Source: Candidatus Zixiibacteriota bacterium (GTDB lineage: Bacteria; Zixibacteria; MSB-5A5; GN15; FEB-12). Taken from it: a DNA stretch of 64,000 nucleotides. The stretch spans positions 3,226,007 to 3,290,006 of the forward strand of contig CP070674.1 of NCBI GenBank assembly GCA_020351995.1. The letters run 5' to 3'. Position numbers and translations under genes: made by a program. How positions within the stretch are numbered: position 1 is the stretch's first letter; the number at the start of each line of letters is the position of its first letter. The notes below the pieces were generated by a model. The model made no database searches and had not been told where the DNA came from. It saw only the letters and a list, made by a program, of their open reading frames with translations. Positions 9,854 to 19,613 of this stretch are shown one piece after another.

Positions 9854-10852
9854 TTGAAATTCAATAAAGAGAGCTTGAAAATCGATGCCCGCCTGGTAAG
9901 CGAGCAACTGGCCGAGACAATTCTCAAACAGGTCAGGGTGACGCTCAAGAAGGCCGGGGCCGTGGTCGGTATATCCGGTGGGCTGGACTCCTCGGTTGTT
10001 CTGGCTTTGTGCGCCAAAGCCCTTGGCCCCGATCGAGTGGTGGGCGTCATGATGCCGGAGACCGACTCATCTCCGGACAGCCAGCAACTGGCCCAAGCAC
10101 TGGCCGACAGATTCGGGGTTCAAACGGTGGTCGAGAATATCACGCCCGCTCTCGAGGGTATGGGTTGTTACCGTCGGCGTGACGAGGCCATCAGGGAGGT
10201 GTTTCCGGAGTATGACCATACTTACAAGAACAAGATCACCATTCCGACCAATATCCTCGAGAAGGAAACTTTCAACTTCTTTACGCTGACTATCGAGAAC
10301 GCCGCCGGGGAGACAAAATCCAAGCGCATGCCTCCTTCGGCGTATTTAAAAGTGGTGGCAGCCTCGAATCTCAAACAGAGATTGCGAATGACAACCCTTT
10401 ACTATCACGCCGAAGAACGCAACTACGCCGTGGCCGGCACGGGTAACAAGGACGAGCACTGCCAGGGTTTCTTCGTCAAGTACGGCGACGGCGGAGCCGA
10501 CCTGAAACCGATCGCTCATCTATTCAAGGTGCAGATCTATCAACTGGCCGAGGAGTTGGGCGTACCTGACGAGATTATAAAGCGCGTGCCGACTACCGAT
10601 ACCTACAGTGCCGGATCCACCCAGGAAGAGTTCTTCTTTGGCCTGGATTTTTACCGCATGGACATGCTGTGGTACGCCATGGAAAATGGGGTGCCGACGG
10701 ATGAGGCCGCAAAGGTAATGAATCTTTCCGAGCAACAGGCTCGGCGCGCCTACGCGAATATTCAAAGAAAGATCGACGGCACCGAGTACCTGCGGCTTCC
10801 CCCTCTGGAGGTGCAAAGTAAACAAAGCGGCAAATCAGGGAAACTTATGTGA
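9854..10852 (+). CDS. NAD synthetase (NadE)-like N-type ATP pyrophosphatase, paralog 1
   Basis: GISGGLDSSV PP-loop, GTGNKDE, FFVKYGDGG, HLFKVQIYQLA, PTTDTYS; about 50-60 aa internal insertion. Confidence 0.85.
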   Translation: MKFNKESLKIDARLVSEQLAETILKQVRVTLKKAGAVVGISGGLDSSVVLALCAKALGPDRVVGVMMPETDSSPDSQQLAQALADRFGVQTVVENITPALEGMGCYRRRDEAIREVFPEYDHTYKNKITIPTNILEKETFNFFTLTIENAAGETKSKRMPPSAYLKVVAASNLKQRLRMTTLYYHAEERNYAVAGTGNKDEHCQGFFVKYGDGGADLKPIAHLFKVQIYQLAEELGVPDEIIKRVPTTDTYSAGSTQEEFFFGLDFYRMDMLWYAMENGVPTDEAAKVMNLSEQQARRAYANIQRKIDGTEYLRLPPLEVQSKQSGKSGKLM

Positions 10853-10912
10853 CCATACATTGTTTGAGCATGAAAAGAACAGCAATTTGACAGAAGAGGT
10901 TGATCTCAAATT

Positions 10913-11170
10913 ATGACACCAAACGACAACATCAAAAAGAAACTCAAAGACTTCATCAGAGAAGTATTCCTGGTGGGTGATGAAGATCAGGAACTCAGTG
11001 ACGGCGACTCATTCATGCAAACCGGTATAATCGACTCTACCGGTGTATTAGAACTGGCGTCTTTTATAGAACGGGAGTTCGCTTTCACGATTGAGGATGA
11101 TGAGATGACACCGCAGAATCTTGACTCGATCAGTAATCTGGTGGCGTTTATCTCCAAAAAGATCGGCTGA
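10913..11170 (+). CDS. Acyl/peptidyl carrier protein
   Basis: 85 aa, acidic, GIIDSTGVLEL phosphopantetheine Ser motif. Confidence 0.92.
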   Translation: MTPNDNIKKKLKDFIREVFLVGDEDQELSDGDSFMQTGIIDSTGVLELASFIEREFAFTIEDDEMTPQNLDSISNLVAFISKKIG

Positions 11171-11212
11171 GTAAAGCCGACCGTACCCTAACCGTATCTC
11201 GTTGATGAGCGT

Positions 11213-12772
11213 ATGAAAGTCTTTGACCTGTTATCCGAGAGTGCCGAGCGGTTTCCGGATAAACCGGCGGTGACCCACAATAATGAGCGTCTCAGTTTCC
11301 GGCAGCTCTACGAGCGATCGGCGGCTCTGGCGAATCGCTTAAGAGAACTGGGGCTGCCCGAAGGTTCTCGAATCGCCCTGCTTTTCGAAAATTCACTCGA
11401 GTACGCCACGGCATTTTTTGCCATTTTCGCGGCCGATTACGTAGCGGTGCCGATGGATACCTCCCTTGACGAAGACAGCCTGAGGTACGTGCTTACTGAC
11501 TGCGACGCCAGGGTATTGCTGGCCGGGTTCCAATTCCGCCGGACACTTCCGAAGGTCCTGGCCGGTGACACACCGGTTGAACGTGTGTTCACAGACAGGA
11601 AATTCGGCCTGGGCAGAGACGATATTCCGCAGGAAATTATCGGAGATATAACTTCACCGGAAAGATACCTCCCGGTATCACGGACCCGGTCGGGTTCTGA
11701 CGGCGAGCGTGAGCTGGCGGCGATCTTTTACACCTCGGGTTCCACCGGAAAGCCCAAGGGCGTCATGCTCTCACACCTCAATCTTGTATCCAATACGCTG
11801 GCCACCATAGAGTACCTCAAGCTGACCGACGATGATAGCGTGATTGTCATTCTTCCCTTCTACTATATTTACGGCAATTCTTTGCTGCTAACCCATATCG
11901 CGTGCGGCGGAAGGCTGGTGGTCGACAACCGCTTCATGTACCCGGAGGTGGTCCTGGATACCATGGAGGCCGAAGGTGTCACAGGCTTTTCCGGAGTGCC
12001 CTCGAACTTCATGATTCTGCTGGGAAACTCGACCTTCGCCAAACGAAAACTGGAGTCGTTAAGGTATTTCACGCAGGCGGGAGGCGCGATGGCCCCGGAA
12101 ATAATACGCAGGCTCATGGACGCTTTCCCGTCGAAGGAAATCTACATTATGTATGGGCAGACCGAGGCCGCCCCTCGAGTGACCTGGCTGCCTCCCCAGA
12201 TGCTCACCAGGAAACTCGGCTCGATTGGAATTCCCGTGCCGGGGGTCAAGGTAAGCGTAGCGGACGAAAACGGCAACGAATTGCCACCGGGTGAGGTGGG
12301 TGAAATTGTTGTCGACGGTCCCAACGTGATGATGGGCTACTGGAACCAGGCTGATGAAGAGCGCGAGGTGCTCAAGAACGGGCGGCTGTTCACGGGCGAC
12401 CTGGCGAAGAAAGACGAGGACGGGTACTTATACGTGGTCGGACGGAAGAAAGAAATTATCAAAACAGGCGGAAACCGTGTCAGCGTCAAGGAGATCGAAG
12501 AATGTCTGATGGAGCATGAGCAGATCCTGGAGACGGCTGTATTCGGGGTGGACGATCCCGTTCTCGGCGAAGCCATCACGTCGGTAGTAGTCAGGAAAGC
12601 GGGTTCGACCGCGACAGAGAAGGAGATTCTCGACTTTTGCCGGAATCGTCTGGCCAGTCACAAAGTTCCCAAGTATGTTGACTTTGTCCCGTCATTGCCC
12701 AAACAACTCTCCGGTAAGGTTGACAAGGTCCGGTTGAAATCCGAAAAAACAAAAACGCTTGGCATAAAATGA
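11213..12772 (+). CDS. AMP-forming acyl/aminoacyl ligase (ANL adenylation family)
   Basis: YTSGSTGKPKG, YGQTE, FTGDL, GRKKEIIKTGG, SGKVDK core motifs. Confidence 0.92.
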   Translation: MKVFDLLSESAERFPDKPAVTHNNERLSFRQLYERSAALANRLRELGLPEGSRIALLFENSLEYATAFFAIFAADYVAVPMDTSLDEDSLRYVLTDCDARVLLAGFQFRRTLPKVLAGDTPVERVFTDRKFGLGRDDIPQEIIGDITSPERYLPVSRTRSGSDGERELAAIFYTSGSTGKPKGVMLSHLNLVSNTLATIEYLKLTDDDSVIVILPFYYIYGNSLLLTHIACGGRLVVDNRFMYPEVVLDTMEAEGVTGFSGVPSNFMILLGNSTFAKRKLESLRYFTQAGGAMAPEIIRRLMDAFPSKEIYIMYGQTEAAPRVTWLPPQMLTRKLGSIGIPVPGVKVSVADENGNELPPGEVGEIVVDGPNVMMGYWNQADEEREVLKNGRLFTGDLAKKDEDGYLYVVGRKKEIIKTGGNRVSVKEIEECLMEHEQILETAVFGVDDPVLGEAITSVVVRKAGSTATEKEILDFCRNRLASHKVPKYVDFVPSLPKQLSGKVDKVRLKSEKTKTLGIK

Positions 12773-13773
12773 AAGGAATTATCATGACATCAGTTAAAGA
12801 CGCACTCAAGATAAACCCGGAGCGCGAAGCCAACATCGTCCAGGAATTCATGTCCTCACAGATGAAGGGGGCCCCCAAGCGGGACGGGATAATCGTTGGC
12901 GTAAGCGGAGGCATCGACTCGGCCGTGGTTGCTTCACTGGCGGTCGCCGCCGTGGGTAAGGATAAAGTTTACGGACTGATTCTCCCGGAAAAAGAATCCA
13001 ACCCGGTTTCGGCCCAATATGCGCAAAAGGTAATCGACAAGCTGGGGATACGGCATACCACGGTAGAGTTGACGGGTGCCGTGGGAAGTTTCGCGGCATA
13101 TCAGACCCGTGATGAGATCATCAAATCCATATTTCCCGAGTACAACGAGAGCTACAAGTTCAACATATACCTGCCGCAGAATCTTTTGGATGTCGACCGC
13201 TACAATTTCTACACGCTGCGTCTTGACGACGGCAACGGGAATGTCAGGGAAAAGCGGCTGACCAAGAGCCAGTTTCTGGCCATAACGGCGGCCGCCAACG
13301 TCAAGATTCGCTCTCGTATGATAGCCCTGTATTTCTGGGGTGAGCAGATGAATTACCTGGTTGCCGGGACCACCAACAAGAGCGAATTCCTGCTGGGTGA
13401 TTTCTGTAAGTTCGGCGATGGTGGTACCGATGTTGAAGCCATCTCGCATCTGTACAAGACACAGGTCTATCAGCTTGGAGAGTATTTCGGGATACCGGAA
13501 GAAATCATCAAGCGGACGCCGAGCCCGGATACCTTCAGCCTGGCGGTATCGGACAAGGATTTCTATTTCTGCCTGCCGTTTGACCAGCTCGATCCCCTGC
13601 TGTACGCCTGGGAATACAAGGTCGACATCGACCTGGTCGCCAAAGAGCTCGGTCTGACACCGGAGCAGGTTCAGCGGGCTTACCGCGATTTTGAATCCAA
13701 GCACAGCACCACCGAGCATATTCGCCAGCTACCCTACGCCATCGTGCGTGACTGGCGGTCGAACGTATCTTAA
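12769..13773 (+). CDS. NAD synthetase (NadE)-like N-type ATP pyrophosphatase, paralog 2
   Basis: GVSGGIDSAV, GTTNKSE, KFGDGG, HLYKTQVYQL, PSPDTFS; same insertion as paralog 1. Confidence 0.85.
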   Translation: MKGIIMTSVKDALKINPEREANIVQEFMSSQMKGAPKRDGIIVGVSGGIDSAVVASLAVAAVGKDKVYGLILPEKESNPVSAQYAQKVIDKLGIRHTTVELTGAVGSFAAYQTRDEIIKSIFPEYNESYKFNIYLPQNLLDVDRYNFYTLRLDDGNGNVREKRLTKSQFLAITAAANVKIRSRMIALYFWGEQMNYLVAGTTNKSEFLLGDFCKFGDGGTDVEAISHLYKTQVYQLGEYFGIPEEIIKRTPSPDTFSLAVSDKDFYFCLPFDQLDPLLYAWEYKVDIDLVAKELGLTPEQVQRAYRDFESKHSTTEHIRQLPYAIVRDWRSNVS

Positions 13774-13904
13774 TCCGCGCTTTTGCCGGGGCTCGCAGCA
13801 GATCGAAACAAGCAGCACCGTCAGCGGCGACCTCTATATTGCTTGACATAATCCGACCCAGCGGTCTTATTGGGGAAAACTTCTTCTCAGCGAAGGGATA
13901 AACC

Positions 13905-15206
13905 ATGAATATCTGTGTGGTAGGCACAGGCTACGTGGGCCTGGTGGCCGGAACGTGCATGTCTGATTTCGGTATGAACGTCATCTGTGTTGACAGCGAC
14001 GAATCGAAGATAAACATGCTTAACAACGGCCAGATACCCATATACGAAATAGGCCTCAGCGAGCTTGTGCGCCGTAATGTCAAACAGGGGCGACTTAAAT
14101 TCTCAACCGATCTGAAAGAAGCCGTGACCCGTTCGCTGGTAGTATTTATCGGGGTCGGGACGCCGGAAAATGATGACGGAAGCTCCAATCTCACCCAGGT
14201 TCGACAGGTCGTAGCCGAAATCGCGGGCTATATTACCGATTACAAGGTGATTGTGATTAAAAGTACGGTCCCGGTAGGAACGTCGCGCGAACTGCGTGAG
14301 CTTGTCAAGCAGCACAACAAGGCCGGGGTCGAATTCGATATAGTGTCCAACCCGGAATTTCTGCGTGAGGGAGCCGCGGTGGGTGATTTTCTCCGTCCGG
14401 ACAGGGTGATAATCGGCGCCGATTCCGAACGAGCTTTGTCTATCATCAAGGAGATTTACCGGCCACTTTACCTGCTTGAAACACCCATTGTCAGTACCAC
14501 CAACGAGACGGCCGAGATGATAAAGTATGCCTCGAACACGATGCTGGCACTGAAAATTTCTTTCATCAACGAAATCGCCAATATCTGCGACAAAGTTGGC
14601 GCCGATGTTTACAAAGTCGCCACAGCGGTGGGAATGGATAAAAGGATCGGTCCCAAGTTCCTGCACCCCGGTCCGGGATTCGGGGGTTCGTGCTTTCCCA
14701 AGGACATTCGGGCGCTGGTTAGCACCGCGGAATCGGTTGGGTATGATTTCCAGATCGGAAAAGCCCTGCTGAGCGTGAACGAGCACCAGAAGGAGCTTGT
14801 GGTGAAGAAGAGTCGTGATTTCCTGGGGGGACTCGACGGCAAGACCATTTGCCTTCTGGGCTTGTCGTTTAAGCCGCTGACCGATGACGTTCGTGAGGCG
14901 CCGGCTATCCATATTGCCCGACGGCTCAAGGATGAGGGAGCCGTTGTCCAGGCCTACGATCCGGCGGCTCTGGAGCAGGCACGAGCCCAGTTACCGGATA
15001 TCAATTACCACGATGATTATCTATCGGCCGCGAAAGGGGCTGACCTCGTCATTATCGCTACCGAATGGCATGAGTTCCGAGACCTGGATTTTGACCAGCT
15101 CAAATCACTGATGAACTCGCCCGCTATATATGACACCAGGAACATATACGACCCCGCCGAGGTGAGAAAGAAGGGGTTCAAATATATCTGCACCGGTAGA
15201 CATTGA
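13905..15206 (+). CDS. ugd: UDP-glucose/GDP-mannose 6-dehydrogenase
   Basis: GTGYVG, IKSTVPVGT, SNPEFLREG, GFGGSCFPKD, LGLSFKP.TDD.RE. Confidence 0.93.
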   Translation: MNICVVGTGYVGLVAGTCMSDFGMNVICVDSDESKINMLNNGQIPIYEIGLSELVRRNVKQGRLKFSTDLKEAVTRSLVVFIGVGTPENDDGSSNLTQVRQVVAEIAGYITDYKVIVIKSTVPVGTSRELRELVKQHNKAGVEFDIVSNPEFLREGAAVGDFLRPDRVIIGADSERALSIIKEIYRPLYLLETPIVSTTNETAEMIKYASNTMLALKISFINEIANICDKVGADVYKVATAVGMDKRIGPKFLHPGPGFGGSCFPKDIRALVSTAESVGYDFQIGKALLSVNEHQKELVVKKSRDFLGGLDGKTICLLGLSFKPLTDDVREAPAIHIARRLKDEGAVVQAYDPAALEQARAQLPDINYHDDYLSAAKGADLVIIATEWHEFRDLDFDQLKSLMNSPAIYDTRNIYDPAEVRKKGFKYICTGRH

Positions 15207-15242
15207 GGCCGCTGAGAGTTTGCCGATCCCATTACAGACAAT

Positions 15243-15276
15243 AAAAAAGTCGGGTACTTTCGTACCCGACTTTTTT
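15243..15276. terminator. Bidirectional intrinsic terminator
   Basis: AAAAAAGTCGGGTAC-TTTC-GTACCCGACTTTTTT between convergent genes. Confidence 0.9.
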
Positions 15277-15296
15277 CCCACGGTTTAGACAACCGC

Positions 15297-16328
15297 TTAG
15301 AAGTTTGCCCTGAACGTGAAGAACTGATTATCGTCGAAGACGTCGCCAGTCTCGTTCCAGGAGTACTCGAAGGTGAGCGATACGCCTGAGAGCGGTATGG
15401 TTACACCGCCGCCGAAACTGAAGCCATAGAGCCAGGCGTTTTCATCTACCTCGTCGTCAGGGTCAGGGTCGTTTAGCGAGTAGTTATACCCGGCCCGTAA
15501 GGCATACTTGCCGTCATAAACATACTCGGCGCCACCCTGCCACAAATCCGCGGAATAGTTATTCGAGCGGAAATTCCCGGACAGGTTGGCCAGGTTACGG
15601 CCGTCGTCGAGAAAGTCGTAACCGACACCAATGTTGATTGAGCTGGGCAGATCGAACTTCTGCGCCACCGGGCGAACGGGAATGTTCTCGAAAATGAGGT
15701 CAAACCCTTCGCCGGAGAACTGCATCTCCGGGCCGTAGTTCTTCACCGCAAGACCCAGCGAGAGTCCGTACCATCTCGGCCTGTAGATAAAGCCGACGTC
15801 AAAGGCCACACCGCTTGCCCTCACCTCGTGGATATCCTCGTGGATAAACATAGCGTTGATGCCGAATGACACATTGGCCGTGAACTCGCGGGCATAGGTC
15901 AGATTCAGGACGGTCAGAGACGGGCTGAAGATACGTCCGGTGCCATCTGGATCGATTTCGGTAGTCTCTTCGATGTCACCGATCGAGACAACCTTCGCGC
16001 CGCCTCCAATGGTACCGAACCCTTCAATCGCCGTAGCGATGCCAAAGAAGTTGACGTCGATATCAGCGAAATAGGGCAGGTGCGTGAAGGCCGCTTCAGT
16101 ACCTTCCAGTGAGGCCAGACCGGCCGGGTTCCAGTACATCGCCTCGATCCCGTAAGTTGTGGACAGGACCGCTCCACCCATGGCCGTACCACGGGAACCG
16201 ACAGGAATCAGCAACTCCTGGGCACCGGCGGTACCGAGTCTCAAGTCGTTCCCCGCATAAGCCGAACACAGGCTTAACACAAGGAGAACCATGGTCAAAA
16301 TCAAGAATTTATACTTCATTACTTTCAT
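15297..16328 (-). CDS. PorV/PorQ-family outer-membrane beta-barrel
   Basis: GTAGAQELLIPVGSRGTAMGGA, AMYWNPAGLA, LRAGY, terminal Phe; signal peptide. Confidence 0.85.
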   Translation of the reverse strand: MKVMKYKFLILTMVLLVLSLCSAYAGNDLRLGTAGAQELLIPVGSRGTAMGGAVLSTTYGIEAMYWNPAGLASLEGTEAAFTHLPYFADIDVNFFGIATAIEGFGTIGGGAKVVSIGDIEETTEIDPDGTGRIFSPSLTVLNLTYAREFTANVSFGINAMFIHEDIHEVRASGVAFDVGFIYRPRWYGLSLGLAVKNYGPEMQFSGEGFDLIFENIPVRPVAQKFDLPSSINIGVGYDFLDDGRNLANLSGNFRSNNYSADLWQGGAEYVYDGKYALRAGYNYSLNDPDPDDEVDENAWLYGFSFGGGVTIPLSGVSLTFEYSWNETGDVFDDNQFFTFRANF

Positions 16329-16337
16329 GCTCCTTGT

Positions 16338-19300
16338 TTAGTAAATGTCCAAAACTTCCTGTTGAACGAAGACGGCCATCTTGCCTGTCTTAGTACCAAT
16401 CCCCGGAGCATCGACAACATAGATATAGATGCCTGAGGCGACGGGCAGACCGTTTACGTTCAGCACATCCCATGTCGCGATAGCATCGGTACCATCCTTC
16501 TCGATCGTCCGGACAAGGTCACCACTCAGATTGTAGATCCTTACGGTAGCCACTTCAGGAAGATGATGGAATTTAATTGCGTAACTGCCCGGGTTCGGAT
16601 CGTAGTCACCGCGCAGATAGAACGGATTCGGCACCGCCTTGATTAGGTCGAGATCGTTTTCAGCAGCGACATCCTCGACCATGGCAGCCGCAGTGAACTC
16701 AAAGACATCGTTAGAGGTGTTGATCTTCGCCGGAAGGATGATAAACTCGTCACCTGTCGCGAACGGCACGTCTGATCCACGGCGGTTCCACGCTGCCCAG
16801 TAAACAATGGGCATGGGATCGCCGATGGCCTCGCCCATGTAGTCCGTATTCGGGGTCGCATCAGTGTAATCATCAAGGAAGATCCAGAGCCACTCGCGAG
16901 GTCCGGTGGATCCTACGTTGGTCTGTCCCTGTTCTGCCAACACATCGCTCTCTTGCGGCCAGTACTTACCGTCCAACACTGCGAACTCGGCATTGTTTTC
17001 GAGGTAGCCAAGCGCCAACCGCTGAGGAGGATCGACATCCACATTCCAGGCTGAAAGAGGACAGCTCCTCTCGTAATCCTGGAAGCGATAGCCGCCATCT
17101 ACGGTGTTGATCATGAAAGGTACAAATTCCGGTTGTGCCGCCGGGGCTGTGAACCCGCGTCCATAGCGGTAGGCATAAGAGACGTTTTCGTCGGCGGGAT
17201 CGAAATTACCGTCAACATCCACCGTGGCGAGGCGCAGCAACACGTTGACCAGTAGGCTCGGAGGGACCTGTGGGTCGAGGCCACCGAAATAGTGCTGAGG
17301 CGATTCCCACCCAAGAGCGCCGCGGAAGCCTTCAAAGCCGAAGTCAGCCTGCGCCCACGTGAATCTCCGGGTGCCGTTGGGAATATCCCAACCCCACAAC
17401 GATTCATCATCGGTGGCAAACATATCGCTGGTCTTGACACCGGGCGTGGACGGTCCGGAAACCACGATCTTGAAGCCATCGACAATGGGATAGTCGAGGC
17501 CCCCGGTCTGGTCCACATAATACTCCACAAGACGCTGACCTGTAGACACGTTATCGAGGTGCCAGGCGATATCGGTGGAGACAAAGACAGTTTCCTCCGG
17601 AGCGTTAATCGGGTCGGGGATGGTGGTGTCAATACGAATGCCTATGGTATCCTCAAAAATGATACGATAGTCATCTCCCGTCAGTGCTCTTGGATTGACC
17701 ACATACGGGGCAACAACTCCGTCGGAGAGACCGGACGGGTGAGTAACCGCCAGTATATTTCCGATGTGTTCCGGATAGTCAACATCCACCGGAGGCGCCT
17801 GCGGCGTGACGCGGATGGTTGCGTTCGAAGTCAGGGTTCTCAGGCCAAGGGGACCCTCGGGGAAGGCGCAATAGGCTTCCACCCTGTAATTGTAGGTCGT
17901 GACATCCCTTAAAGGGAGACCGGTTATCACATCTTCGGTAATTGTGATGTGTCGCTGTACATCGGAGTTAGTGCCATTCTGAACCAGCAGGATCTCGGGA
18001 ACACCGGTGACGGGGTTGAAGACCTCGTCAAAGACGTCTTCGATAGTGTTGTTTATATCGTAGTTGGTAACCCGATGCCACGGTCCGGCGGGAGTCTCAC
18101 CCTGATAAATGGCATAGCCTTCAAAAGGATAGGTTCCGGGGTCAACTTCCGACGTGTCATCCCAGAACAGGGAAATCACACCGGCTTCAACCACACTGGA
18201 GACACGGGGCCGTGCCGGTGGCTTAAGGACCACGAAAGCACTGTCGTACGTGAGCTGAGCGAAACGATCGTAGAACTTCATCAGCGCGATCGAAGTTTTG
18301 CGATCCAGGGCCTGCGCAGCTATCGAGGCGGCCACGATCTCGGTCGAGTCACCGGGACGGAAGGTAATCGGACCGGTCGTCTGCATCCAGCGGCGGTCGT
18401 CCGGCGCGAAGTCCAGATCGCCGGTACCGGCAATCGGGTCGCCGGAAAGCACGAAGGTCAGAACCTGTCCGTTGTACACGTAGGGTGAACCGGTCTTGGT
18501 AAGACCCTGCATGAACCAGTAGGTCTGGTTGAAGTTGTCAGGGTCGGTACCGTTAATGTACTTGTTAAATGAGGTCATTCCGAGGTTCTTCATTCCCGGG
18601 AACTTCTGGAAATCCCACATAATGGCGGTATCGTTCTCATCGCCGGGGACCATCGGACCCTGGAAGAAGTCGTAGGCCCAGCACGGCGGAGGATTGTCAC
18701 CATATTGTCCGTCGTCATTATCGGCGTTATAGACGAATCCAAGACCGAGAACCGTATCGCAGCCGACCAGATCGTCACCCGCAGTTCCCAGGTCAGGGTC
18801 ACACCAGAGTGAGAAATAGCAGTTTTCCAGTGTGTTGTTGCCCTTATTATAGATACGATAACGCATAAAGACGACATCGCCGAGAGGGTCATCACGGTTA
18901 TAGGCAAACAGAGCCTGTTTAACCTCCAGCCCGAGCGGAGCGGTGGTGCCGGCGTCGTTCTGGTGCTGATTGGGATCAGCGTCATTGTAAACGGCCCAGA
19001 GGAATTGGTCGCCGAGTATCCGCGGCTCACCCGCCTCGCCGATGAGGTTACCCTCGCCGTCGTAGGTATCCTCGGTCCAGAACGGAGCGCCGAGATCAGG
19101 GCCGTAGAGCATGTAGTCGTCGTAGGTCTGGTTGCCGTTGTCTCCCAGGCTGTCCGCGTACAGCTTGTAGACCCTGAAGTCGCCCCTGTCCGTCATGAAG
19201 GTTCCGTTCTCCATCGGACCCGGAACGTATTCGCTGTCATATTCCGAAATAATGATGCGAATATCGCCCGTGGCCGAATCAATGGCGCCGACCCACAGAC

Positions 19301-19592
19301 CGCCCGCGTAGTTGGGCGAGAAGTTCTGCAGCTCGGTCGCGTTGATGATGGACGTGTCCTCTCCGACCGGGTAAGGATACCAAGTCCCGTAGTCGTGCCC
19401 GAAGGTACCACCCAGGTCACGTCCAAAGTTACCATGGTTGGTAACGAACATCAGTATCCTGTTAGCGGAGATAAAGGTAGTGTTGTCAATAATCGCTACC
19501 GACGGAGCTGTATAGTCTCCCTTCGGAGGCCTGGCCGCGACCGGCAGAGCCAACAGGAACACCATCAAACAGCATAATAGTTTTATTCTCAT
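16338..19592 (-). CDS. Large secreted hypothetical protein (1084 aa) with T9SS type-A-like C-terminal domain
   Basis: Signal peptide; C-terminus KAVPNPFY...IKFHHLP...RIYNLSGDLVRTI...WD...G..VASGIYIY...GK. Confidence 0.75.
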   Translation of the reverse strand: MRIKLLCCLMVFLLALPVAARPPKGDYTAPSVAIIDNTTFISANRILMFVTNHGNFGRDLGGTFGHDYGTWYPYPVGEDTSIINATELQNFSPNYAGGLWVGAIDSATGDIRIIISEYDSEYVPGPMENGTFMTDRGDFRVYKLYADSLGDNGNQTYDDYMLYGPDLGAPFWTEDTYDGEGNLIGEAGEPRILGDQFLWAVYNDADPNQHQNDAGTTAPLGLEVKQALFAYNRDDPLGDVVFMRYRIYNKGNNTLENCYFSLWCDPDLGTAGDDLVGCDTVLGLGFVYNADNDDGQYGDNPPPCWAYDFFQGPMVPGDENDTAIMWDFQKFPGMKNLGMTSFNKYINGTDPDNFNQTYWFMQGLTKTGSPYVYNGQVLTFVLSGDPIAGTGDLDFAPDDRRWMQTTGPITFRPGDSTEIVAASIAAQALDRKTSIALMKFYDRFAQLTYDSAFVVLKPPARPRVSSVVEAGVISLFWDDTSEVDPGTYPFEGYAIYQGETPAGPWHRVTNYDINNTIEDVFDEVFNPVTGVPEILLVQNGTNSDVQRHITITEDVITGLPLRDVTTYNYRVEAYCAFPEGPLGLRTLTSNATIRVTPQAPPVDVDYPEHIGNILAVTHPSGLSDGVVAPYVVNPRALTGDDYRIIFEDTIGIRIDTTIPDPINAPEETVFVSTDIAWHLDNVSTGQRLVEYYVDQTGGLDYPIVDGFKIVVSGPSTPGVKTSDMFATDDESLWGWDIPNGTRRFTWAQADFGFEGFRGALGWESPQHYFGGLDPQVPPSLLVNVLLRLATVDVDGNFDPADENVSYAYRYGRGFTAPAAQPEFVPFMINTVDGGYRFQDYERSCPLSAWNVDVDPPQRLALGYLENNAEFAVLDGKYWPQESDVLAEQGQTNVGSTGPREWLWIFLDDYTDATPNTDYMGEAIGDPMPIVYWAAWNRRGSDVPFATGDEFIILPAKINTSNDVFEFTAAAMVEDVAAENDLDLIKAVPNPFYLRGDYDPNPGSYAIKFHHLPEVATVRIYNLSGDLVRTIEKDGTDAIATWDVLNVNGLPVASGIYIYVVDAPGIGTKTGKMAVFVQQEVLDIY

Positions 19593-19613
19593 TTCTTCTT
19601 TTTCTCCTCTCCT

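Noticed and set aside
12934-14912. Long antisense ORFs (e.g. 12934-13719, 14103-14912; likewise 20049-20819, 30771-31532, 38542-39312, 54484-55182, 55741-56553, 59706-60581)
   Set aside because: They lie opposite well-supported genes, have no recognisable motifs, and are the expected shadow ORFs of GC-rich codon usage.
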